Below are positions 11,127-21,800 of a stretch of 22,024 nt of DNA, in pieces. Position 1 is the first letter of the stretch. The number at the start of each line of letters is the position of its first letter. The translations under genes and the position numbers were made by a program. The stretch covers positions 310,001 through 332,024 of the forward strand of contig QPGO01000101.1 in assembly GCA_008632985.1 (NCBI GenBank). Reading direction: 5' to 3'. The stretch comes from Psammoneis japonica. Taxonomy: Eukaryota. The notes beneath the pieces are model-generated. The model was not told the DNA's origin, did no database searches, and worked only from the letters and a program-made list of their open reading frames with translations.

Positions 11127-12129
11127 CAACCAACTTCTTTCTAAAAACCTCCTGCCTGTTGTTTCTTCTTCTGTCAAGTCTTTTCCGCACCTTCTCCTTG
11201 TTCGCTTCCCACCAAACTGCAGAGTCACTCGCGTCCACATTGAGGTGTTTGCAAACCTTTTTCTGCATTTTGCTCCCGAACGCCAACTCAACATCGTCGT
11301 GCATCACGAATTTTGTCTTTGGGTGCACAGCCATTGCAGCGCAGTCGGTCATCTGGCCGTCCACAAACTTTCTCCTCACCGCCTCCGAGCTGACAACGGA
11401 CACTCCCGCAATCTCCACATCGTGTGATCTTGTCTCTGCCATGTCATGGGTGCCAACTGCAATGAAGGTCACAAGACATGCGTGAGCTTGCCAACCCATT
11501 TGTGCAATGATGCCGCAACGCACTCACCTGGTGAATCGTTTCGTGCCGACATGTTTGCTCACCCACTCTCCAGTGTGTTTTGTGTCAACGAAATTCCTCC
11601 CTCTGTGCCAAACCCAGTCCTGAGTGTGCGCCCGCCAGCACGCCCGTTGGCCCTGTTTGAAAACTCCCTTTTGTTGCATGCCAAATTTTTCAAAGCACTC
11701 ACTGTCAAGCATCAATTGATGAATTTTACATTCCTTTTGAATGGCATGTTTTGTCGTTGTCAGCCTCACATCATCCATTCACTGTGCATTTCATGATCCA
11801 TGCAAAGAACAATGGCACTCCCCACTGTTGCATGCCACAATTTTCAAATCTCCAGCTAATTTTTTTTTCGTCCAGATTTCAACAGAAGCAAGGGCTGCAG
11901 TCCGGACACTTCTTTTTACTTTTTTGTCTGGCGTGCGACACCTCGCTGTGCCGTCTTGGTTGCCATGCTCTGAGCTGCCCCGATCTTGTTCTCGCCCGGC
12001 CACAAAGAGCAGAGCACCGTTTTGACATGCAGCATTTCTCAACTCACTGGTCCGTTGCATGTTTCCATGATGTGGCATGCACTGTGTTGATGTCACACTG
12101 TCCAGGCCATCAGGCTCATCTCTTCACCC

Positions 12130-13592
12130 TCAGTCATTGCCCAGCCTTGCTCTCACACTTCTGTTTTCCTCATTGTTGACTGCCTCTTCTTCTCTCGCCG
12201 TCTCGCACGATTCGCACAAGCACTCCACAACTTCATGCAATCCACCGTTGTGACCATGTCTGGCTGAATGCACTCCTGTGCAAAATGTCCGCAATCCCAA
12301 GAGCACTTTCTTGCACACTGCTGTGTCTCCGCTCACCAGCGGGGGGCAAGTTCCCTCTGCGCAAGGCCAGAAGGCTCTGTCGCCGTTGTCGTGTTCTTCC
12401 AGATGAATCACGTTAACACGGGTTTCTCCTCCTGGTCTCACCTGACCATCTCTTCTGGGCGGCAGAGCACACACAATGAGCGGGTGGCGGCATTCTTTGT
12501 CTCCTTCAAGGCAAGCCAACACAATTGCGCAAGGCAGCTGCTGCGAAACGCACACCAGTGTCTCCAGCTCCAAGTCCACCAAATCTGTCGTCAACGTCAC
12601 TTTGTCCATGCACGGGTTGCAACGGATCTTTTCCTTTTTTATCCACCCTTTCACAAATGGTTGCCAGCTGTGCCAGTTGAATCTGTCACCATCCATGTGT
12701 CCCACCGCGACACAACAATTCAAAGCTCTGCGGTCGACGCAAGTTCTGTTTTTATCCAGTCTTTCATGCAAACTCATCATCTGAAATTCTCCCTCAATGT
12801 GCGCCTCTCGCAATTCACGCAATGGCCTTTTCATCTGGTTTTTCCGCATTGAAGTGCACCTGGGATTGCCAAAGTTGCGCCTCCACATTCTCAACGTGTT
12901 GTCTTGCTTTGCTGCTTCTCTCAAAGCATTGAGCACGTGTGGCAACATCTGTTTGTGACCCTGCAGCTCATGTGAGAAAACACACATTCCAGGATGCCTT
13001 TGGTTGATGCAAGGCATCCAAGGCTGCCCAGTGTGTTGTGCTGTTGGCAACTGGAACACAACATGTTTGATCAAAGTGCCGATTCTCTGTTGATGGATTG
13101 TGATGTGTGGCAGCTGCGGCGCCACTTCGACTCTGCAGGGTCGCTGCATCAAAATTTTGTGTGGGGCCAACTCATCTTCCAAAATTCTCCCTCAATGTGC
13201 GCCTCTCGCAATTCACGCAACGGCCTTTTCATCTGGTTTTTCCGCACTGAAGTGCACCTGGGATTGCCAAAGTCGCGCCTCCACATTCTCAACGTGTTGT
13301 CTTGCTTTGCTGCTTCTCTCAAAGCATTGAGCACGTGTGGCAACATCTGTTTGTGATCCTGCAGCTCATGTGAGAAAACACACATTCCAGGACGCCTTTG
13401 GTTGACACAAGGCATCCAAGGCTGCCCAGTGCACTGTGCTGTTGGCAACTGGAACACAACATGTTTGATCAAAGCGCCGATTCTCTGTTGATGGATTGCG
13501 ATGTGTGGCAGCTGTGGCGCCACTTCGACTCTGCAGGGTCGCTGCATCGAAATTTCATGTGGGGCTGCACCCGGGGATTCCAGTCGCACCAT
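12130..13592 (-). pseudogene. Unknown ~350-aa protein gene disrupted by an internal tandem duplication
   Basis: Collapsing the duplication merges ORFs 13149-13592 and 12130-13182 into one Tyr-free, protein-like frame. It is divergent from the gene at 14056. Confidence 0.5.
12771..13566. repeat. Tandem duplication, 2 x 398 bp
   Basis: 12771-13168 and 13169-13566 are colinear with a constant 398-bp offset. Differences are almost all transitions. Confidence 0.95.
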
Positions 13593-14203
13593 CCATTCAT
13601 CATGTGTCGCTGAAAGTGAGAATGAAATTTTGATGTTTGTCTTTCAACTTGTCGATTCGACTGCACACAACCAGGACACAAATCGACACACTGTCATCAA
13701 AAAAGAATTGATTTTTTGTCAAATTTTCTGCACTGTCACCCAAACAAGAGAGTGATTCTGTGCAGCTCAATTTTCATTGCTGAGGACAATTCTTTTGTGT
13801 TTTTTTGTGGTCCCAGGTGATGCTCCGGGAACACGCCCACGTGTTCACAATGTCACACAACCTCTTTGCATCTGTGTTGCTGTTTTCTTCTGCTTGGTTG
13901 CAACCCACTCTGCAACAAACATCCATTTTCTCCTGCCATGTCGTTGTCACATTCCAGCTGTCACCACATTTGTCATCTGCCACCCACTCCAACAGGACTT
14001 GATCGCCGAAACAACAAACACTCTCGGCAACGTGCGCATTTCCAACCCGGTCAGCATGTCAGCAAGAGGACCTTGACATGCAAGAAGCACCAATCATTTG
14101 TTCCGCACTCTTGATGCTGATGGATTTCTCAACACACTTCCAACGGGACAAGCTTTGGTCATCCGGCCAAGAGCGCTGCATGACTGTTTGATGGTGCACA
14201 ACA

Positions 14204-14599
14204 GACGGGTTCCAGCCCCAGGTGGGACTTTTTGTGACATTGGGCCCGCAGAATTCTGCGTGCGAGCTCCGCAGTAAAATCATCAAGCAATGGACACATG
14301 AATGATCGCCAACAGAAAAAGAGGCAATTTTGCGAACGCATCTCCTCCTCCACACTTGAAGCACATTCTTTGCAGCATGCCCGGGCATGTTCTTTAGACA
14401 TCAAAGAATGTGCCCAGCGCATTTTTGTTGGCACAAGTGCAGATGACAGAAAGCCTTTGGCTTCGCAAAACAGGCAGTGTGGAACAATTTTTCACAACAG
14501 AACACGCAGAAATGCACGTGCAAAACACACGACGGATGACAAAAAATGATTGTGTCACAGCTCAGCAGTGCGAGGTCCCACCTGGAGCTGGAACACGTC
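14204..14599 (+). mobile_element. 396-bp MITE, GACG...CGTC family
   Basis: TIRs gacgggttccag / ctggaacacgtc. TSD aaca (14200-14203, 14600-14603). Excision restores the host frame (VHN-NKHL). Confidence 0.92.
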
Positions 14600-15523
14600 A
14601 ACAACAAACATCTGTCATCTGCGCTGAGGGAGGTTGCAGAGGAATTGTCGTCGCAGATGAGCCGACGAAGACAGGCTGATGCAAGGAGAAAATCTCTTGC
14701 TGGGAAAAGGAAGTGCACGCAAGACGATGACTCGCTGGAAAAGAGCGCACCTGCTGACGAGGTTCATGGCAATTCTGTTGGTTCCCGTGTGGAGGGACTT
14801 TTGATTGAATTGACAAAGGACATGTCAGCAGACTTTTGACTTTGCTCACACCGCTTTGGAGGTGACGAGCCACTGTTTGCCGATCAAGCAGTGTTGGACA
14901 ACCATTGCTTCGGATGTCGCGACGAATCATCCGACTCACCCAATGTCTGCACCACCGGGAATGACGTTGTCAACAACAGTGTGTTGGTTGTGGGCCTTGT
15001 CTTCAGCGACGGGACAACTGACGCATCCTCCCAGGAGCGCAGAGACACCACAGCATGCAAGGCACTGGTCAAAAACGGATTCAACGTCCACACTGTTGAC
15101 TGCCATCAAACAGTTGCTTCGAATCCGAATCACGTGGTTGCCGATGTGCTTGCTCTCAATCGTTGTGAAAATTGGGCTTCCAAGGAATGTGCCCACAACT
15201 CAATGTTGATGGACATTGGGCTCAAATCTCACTTCAACGACAGAATCTTGACAGACTCGTTTTTCAGTCAATCGTTGACTCGCTTCCGTCAAAAGCTGTC
15301 TGATGTTGGCAATGCATTTCTGCCTGTCGATGCGACGGTGGCCCGTTGCCTTCATGAGAGCTGGGCTGTGGTTGGCAAAGTGTGGATTGTCAGGTGCCTG
15401 TGAAATGATCAGTTGGAGGAAGTGCCTCTTTTCCATCCATTTGCAGTTGCACACCTGCGCCGTGACGGAAAGCAGGTGGGCACTCATCCTTCTTGTGAAG
15501 ATTGTGGAGCAACATTGTTGGAG

Positions 15524-15602
15524 GTGCGTGTTTCATTTAGATTTTTTGTGCTGGCTTCTCGTTTTGGTTGTCGCTCACTTCTTGGATTTTGTCAATCTCT
15601 AG
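15524..15602 (+). other. 79-bp spliceosomal intron
   Basis: GAG|gtgcgt...T-rich...ctcac...ctctag|ATC. Splicing links ORF 15413 to the frame of ORF 15645 and everything downstream. Confidence 0.7.
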
Positions 15603-16158
15603 ATCAAGGACTTTGTCTCAGACAAAACACAGGAGCCAGTTGTTTTGTGCCCACATGGCGTTGAAAAAATCAACTGCATTGCTCTCACTCCACGAAGAAG
15701 CAACCGCGTCACCACCACTTGTGAGGTTGCAAACTCGTTGCAGGCAGTCGATGGTGTTGACGGAAAGGTTTGCGCAAGATGTTCCTTTGAACATCTGGAA
15801 AGCTGTGCAATGTGTCCCATGTGCTGTCAGATGCTGCTGTGAAAGGCTTGGAACACCAAGTCTCTTGCAGACCGGGGCCACAAGCTAGACGCAGCTTTAG
15901 ATGCCATTGATGCAAACTGTGGTCACATGGGCAGAAGGAGCAAGCGCAAGACTGGGGAAATCAGCAAGGCCGACCTTCCAAAGGAAAAAAAATTCAGTTG
16001 TTGGGTTGAACAGTGCCAGCCGCTGGACACCCCGAATGGGCAAGATGACAAGCATTGGGGAACAACCTCACTTTTCCCAACAGACAAGAAGAGAAGTCAC
16101 AAGCCCAGTTGTTCCCCGATTTCGATCTTGCCAATCTGCAAAAGATCAAAACTTCATG

Positions 16159-16548
16159 GACGCGTTCCAGGTCTAGGTGGGACCTCGCACTGCTGAACTG
16201 TGACATCGACAGTTTTTTGAATCACGTCGCATGTCGCACACGTAGATTTCTACGTGATTTTTTCGATGTTTTGTGTCATTTTACGGTGCACTTGTTGAGC
16301 GATCCGTCCAACAACTTTTGACATTTTTTGTTGCAGCGCGATTCTACAATGTCTTAAGAATCGCGCAGGGCAGGCGCATTTGCAAAAACGTTGAGTGGCA
16401 AGAGGCACAATTGCACCACAAACTTGGCAGTTTGTTTGATGTTGAAGACAAATGTGTCCATCAATTAAATTCTCATGCTACGGAGCTCGCACGTAGAATT
16501 CCACGGGCCCAATGTCACACGGAGTCCCACCTGGGACTGGAACCCGTC
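16159..16548 (-). mobile_element. 390-bp MITE, GACG...CGTC family (least mutated copy)
   Basis: TIRs gacgcgttccaggtctaggtgggac / gtcccacctgggactggaacccgtc. TSD catg (16155-16158, 16549-16552). Excision restores KLHG-KDSH. Confidence 0.92.
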
Positions 16549-18893
16549 CATGGAAAAGACAGCCATTGTCGAGAAAAAGCGTGGATGCCAGATTCAAGTG
16601 CATTTCCGTTTGCACGTGAGCTGGCACGCGGCAACTGGGTTGGAGTCTGCAAAGAAACTGGCATCGAATCTCGGTGGCGATGTTCGTGTGATGCCAAATT
16701 CGTGCAATCATCCTCATTCTTGTTGTGCCCAAAGGATCCAATCATCGTCAACAAACACAATGTTGCTGGAGCTGACACTCCTGCAGACAGCAAACCCATT
16801 TTTCAAATGCTTCAATTGCCACCGGAGATTGCAAATGAGGACCTTTTGTCTCAAACTGCAAGTGTCGTCGAGGATGGATCATGCACTGGACTCGGCGATG
16901 AGTTTGTCACCCTTTCAAAAGCAGACAAGCGCAGAAAGTTTTGCTCCATGGACGGCGGGGTCAATGCAGCTGGTGGGAAATGGAGCAGAAGCTGTGGTGT
17001 GGGAGTGGCAATGCCGGGATGCCCACCGGGAGCAACCGACCGCACATCTCCAAGGTTGCGCAGGTGGACACTCCAGCTCTCTGCAATGGTGGTGCATGGC
17101 GTTTGCCGTGGGGTGCTGGATGGAACACAACGATCGCAACAGGGTGCAACAAGCTCCCTCCGACGAAGGGTTGCCTCAAAATGTCAAAGATGGCTGAACT
17201 GCCCAGATGATCTGTGGGCCATTCTAAGAGAGCTCCGCACACACACCTCCTCAATTGGAGCAGCGACTTGGCATTCAGATGCGAGCAATGGGAAGGACAT
17301 TGATCACGATCACATCACACTTGCCTCACATTTGGTTGAGGACTGGTCCATGTTTCCATCCCAAAAAAATGTCAACAAGCCATTGGAGAATTGTGTGCCT
17401 GCAAGAAACAGCTGCTTTGCTCACTTGTTGCACACAAGGTCGATCATTGACAGCCAATTGAAGAAGCTTGAGTTGCACGTTGATTGTCCTTGTGCGGAGT
17501 CTTTGATTGCAGCACTGAAGGAACATTCCGACACCATTTGCCTGCACACACTCAGCAACCAGGAAGAAACAGCCAAGGCTGCAGAAAAGATTCTGTCTTT
17601 GGCAGAAACAAATGTCACATCTGACCACAGCAAAGGAAGGTGCATCAAGATGAAGGAGGGTGAGACTCAAACAACAGTGCTCGGGTGCATCGTGTGGCTG
17701 TGGATTCTGTTTTGTGAGCGCTGAGACGGAGCTGTTTGCCTCTGACATGTTGCAGAGTGCAAGGGGTTGGTTTGCAGGGAATGCAGTGGAACACCTCTGC
17801 CAGCTCGGTCTGTGTCAACTGCTGTCTCCTTGCCAGCTTGGGAGAGAATGCTCAAGTCTTTGACTGAACTGAGGGGCAAGATGTTCAAGTGCATCGCACG
17901 ATTGGTGAAAGAAGCAAAATGTGGTGGTGACCTCAGCAAGGCACACTGTTCCTCCCATCCCAGGTGGCAGAATGTCAGCAAGAGCCTGTGTGACGGGACA
18001 CCCGAAACAGAAGATTGTCCACATCTGTTTGTCAGTTTTTTGGAAGAACAAGACAGGGTGCTGCGCAATCCAAACTCGATGGAAGAAGCAAAGGAAACGG
18101 CTCGTCAGTTGACAATGGATGGGAAAAAAACAAGGAAAGCAGTGCAGCTTGGAAGCGCAAGAGGAAATTTGTGCATCCAATCTGGTGCCTGCCTTGGTGA
18201 TTGTCCAGCTGAGAATGCCACATTTGCTGCTTTAAGTGATGATGATAAAAACGGATTCTATCGGCGCCTGGTTGACACGGTGGTGGAGAGTTCTCCCGTT
18301 GAACATTCTGGTGGAATTGAGTTAGACGAGGCACAGAAGACATGTGAGGCAGCGCGGCGACTGACGCGCAACAACAAAATGTCAGTGACCATGGCATGCA
18401 TGGACCAGCCATCATGTCACCTGCACCGTCCAAGGAAACATGGTTTGAAAGAGGACTTCATTTTCCTCCACAATGACGGCACAGTCTTTTTGCTGATGAG
18501 ACACAAGGAATTGTGCGCCACTGCTGCCAAGACACACGGATTCAAACATCAGATCAAATTTTTCTCAGTCGACAAATGACACGGACTGGAGGATTTTGCT
18601 GCAAAATGCAGTCACACAACCGACCCGGAGAGTGTGTGGTCACATTCAAACCTTGTTGAATTGTGCCAGAAAACGTTGACAGAATTCCGGAAAATCATGT
18701 GAGGAGACTTGCTTTGTTGCAATGCATTGTCAAACTTCACATGCACTCCTGCCTCCCGAGTGCAAGCCACCATTTAAAAAAAGCTCAGGCCACTCATTCT
18801 TCATGTCGAGGACAAACAAAATCTTGTTGTCAGACGTCTCTTGATCGGACATGGAGCCGGACAGGGACAAATTGGTCACATTTTGACTTTCCT

Positions 18894-21800
18894 CTAAATT
18901 GTTTTCAACAGCTTTTTTTCTTTTCTGGCCTTTCTTTTGTTTTTTGCCCCGGTCAACAAAAGCTGTCTTGGGCAATGCAACACGCCCATTCCGCCGCCAA
19001 CAAGCACGTTCTTCTGACAATGCCCAAAGGTGCGTTTGGGTGATGTGCCCTCCATTCGCCAATGCTGAAACAAACCGTTCTTGCTCGTTTTTGTTTCCAT
19101 GGCGTTTTGCTTCAGACAAGTTCTCCCAAAAGCAACAACTTCTTTTTTGTTGTCACTCAGAATGAAACCACACAGTTGCATTGGAAACAAGCTGTCGGTT
19201 CCATCGTCATTTCTGCATTTGACACGTGCAAAGTCATGCCATCACCCGCCCTTGCGGCAATTTGGGTGCGCCCAAAAGCGCAGCTTGTGTTCGGCCTACA
19301 GATTTGACTTGGAATGCACAATGACGTGCCTGCGCCGGATTCCCCACTGGTTGCGACGGCACAAAAAATCAACAATGTCTGGCTCCAGATGAGTGCTTTG
19401 TTCCCTTTTCATTTCCAAGGTGCCGGTGCACTTGCAGTGTGTTTTTTTGACTCAGTCGACTGTGAACATGGCGCGACCCAGGTCGTGGTGCAATGATGCT
19501 GCCACTGACAAATCCTGAGATGCATGTGGATGGACAATCAAATTGTTGGCTCTCTCCAAAAGACTCTGCTTGTGCAGTCGGCTTGCAAGTTGACGTGTGA
19601 ACTCTTCTTTGCCTTGCAATGCTTGGCAGGTCCAACTTGGAAGCTTTGCCCATTTCTTTGGACCAGACTTGCCGGTGGCGGCATCCCATCCAGAAAACAC
19701 ACCCAACTGACAAAGAGCGGTGATCAAGCGCAGCAGGTTGTGGAACTTGGATGTTTTCCATCCATGCGTGCCTTCACCGTGATTGATCATGCTGCGCAGC
19801 TCAAACATCAGAGGTGCCAGGCAACATTTGATGTTGGCTCGGTTGGCGTGTGAGTGCAGGGAAGAACTGCAGCTGCAGAAGGAGTGGAGCAACAACAATT
19901 TGTTGAGCAACAGCAACAAGTGTTCCACATCGTCACAGTCCATTGAACAACAAGCCGGCTCCATGTCGTTGCACAGGCTGTTTGGCCTTTGGCGGAATGC
20001 AAGAGGCAACTCCTTTTCAATTTCTGAACAAACGAACGGCGGGTCGTGAGAATTTGCCTTTGTGTGAAGGGACTGGCGTCAATCCGCGCAGCATCTAAAA
20101 ATCTCAGAAACGGAGGAATCGGCATGGTTTGGGATGCAGAGCTGACGATCCAGGTTGACATTTCTTGTTTGCATCCACACAGTGTTGTGACAAATGTGAG
20201 CTTGAGCCATTGTCAGCTGCGTCATGCAACGATGTGTGTGCATGAGCCCGCGACGGTGATGTTGATCCTCCAGATGTTCATTGTGGACAGGGTCATTGTG
20301 GTTGCATTCTTCGTCAGCACAAGGCTTGCCAACCAAGGATGTGGAGGCCTGTGGTGGTTGATCCCCAGGGGAAACTTCCTCCTCGTCACTCTCTTCCTTG
20401 TCATCTTGCAGATTTGGCTGCTGTTCATCTGAGTCATGTGCGGACTCATCGTCATCATCAAGCAAATTGTTGTGGTTGTCGGAAACGGGCTCACCTTCTT
20501 TGTGTGCACAACCATCATTGTCTTCTTCTTTGCGCTCACATTCTTCTTCGTGCTCACATTCTGAAGGCTGATCATCGAAATTAGAAGCACCTTTTTTCTT
20601 TGTCTTGTCAAAATCAGGATGGCAACGAAGACGGAGCATGCTCTGTCCCTCCTCGGTCTGACCCATCAGTGCCAGCGCAAACAGCTTTCCCATCTTTTGG
20701 TCGCAGGTCAAACCAGACAAGGCACAAAATCCATTTCGCAAGACAACCGGTGGAAAGTTAGATCTCTGACCTGGTCTGCACGACTGAGATCCAAGTGTGC
20801 GGTTTGCCAAAGCAATCAGTTGGGATTGGGAGGAATCGGGCAAATCGTCGAGAATGACAGAGAGCGTCTGAGGGACCATGCCACCTTGGAACATGTGCAT
20901 TGGATCAGGGGGCGCAAACCCAAACACACCCTGACGATTGTCTCCCATCCAAAGATGAAAGAATGAGTTGTCAGCCGTGTGTTGGCCAAACACCTTGTGA
21001 AGCATGGTGGAACAAATGTTCATGCGCCGGATGACTGCGCTGTGTGCCTTGGAACGGATTGAATCGGCTTTCGTCTCAGACATCACTGTGTCGATTTGTG
21101 ATTCGACACAAAGATGCCATGGACTGTTGGTGGAACTGGGTGGTGGTCCAAGTGCTGCAACAGTCAAGTGCTCCATCAGTTCTTGGGAAAAGCGCCTGCA
21201 GCAATGTGAAGGTTCATCGCTGTTGGTCCACGAAGTGTGACAGGCATGACTGATGTGGCGGGAGTTTTCGCGACCAGAAACACGGCCGGTTGCTTGTGCG
21301 GCGTTGACAGCACTGCCCAACAATGTCATGCTGTGGACAACAATGCACTCACAACAACGCTGGTCACCGAGTCGGGCTCGGCAGATGGGAGGTGATTCTT
21401 GTGCTTGAATTGCAGACGCCAGAAGAACAGACAAAATTTGGTGGCAATTTCTGACGTTCATCCCGAAAACGGGATTCTTTGTTTTGCAACCTGTGTGTTT
21501 TGGAACAAAACCAAGAGGACGCCATGCTTCAAAACGACGGTGGGCACATGACTTGATGAGAGTTGCAGAGAAAACAAATGGCTCCATTGAATGAGGTGCG
21601 ACCTGTCCTTTCCCAGTTTTGTCGGTGCAATGCAAAATGAACACATGAAAGGAACCGGGGACAGCAGGAAAAATGCAGCCACAACATCAGTTGCTGCAAG
21701 TTTCACCATCCTTCATTTTGGCATCATCACAAAGTTTCCAGTTGCCATTCTCGTCCAACATGGGTTCACTGGAGATCACCTGAGACCAGCGTGAATTGGG

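Larger units (their letters stand above)
9920..11442 (-). pseudogene. Decayed transposon-accessory gene of a type I recall near Plavaka transposases; split by an intron and a MITE
   Basis: Motifs PKTKFV...WWEANKEKVRKRLDRRRNN...RKK, then T.TEAFA.L..DN, TKCT...G...GW....IDKCDKLCDAV..ER. Cys/His sit where Tyr is expected. The family assignment is from memory and the 3' end is approximate. Confidence 0.55.
14056..18702 (+). pseudogene. Large (~1250-codon) multidomain pseudogene; putative SAM-methyltransferase-like, TET/JBP-like and HhH-like segments
   Basis: Removing two MITEs (each with one TSD) and intron 15524-15602 joins seven track ORFs (starting 14546, 14891, 15413, 15645, 15927, 16273, 17767) into one frame from ATG 14056 with no frameshift. 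All seven internal stops are TGA. The frame is well supported, but the domain calls rest on short motifs only. Confidence 0.7.

Noticed and set aside
13688..13712. cactgtcatcaaaaaa as a CACTA/Plavaka left terminus
   Set aside because: There is no partner end or TSD in the window, and cactg is common in this CA/TG-rich sequence.
16273..17724. 483-aa ORF as an intact gene
   Set aside because: Its first ~92 codons are MITE sequence (to 16548). The rest is a fragment of the larger pseudogene.
14056..18702. Alternative genetic code (TGA read-through, no Tyr)
   Set aside because: TpA loss also affects non-coding MITEs, TSDs and introns. TGA stops are explained by CGA/TGG transitions in a MITE-disrupted pseudogene.
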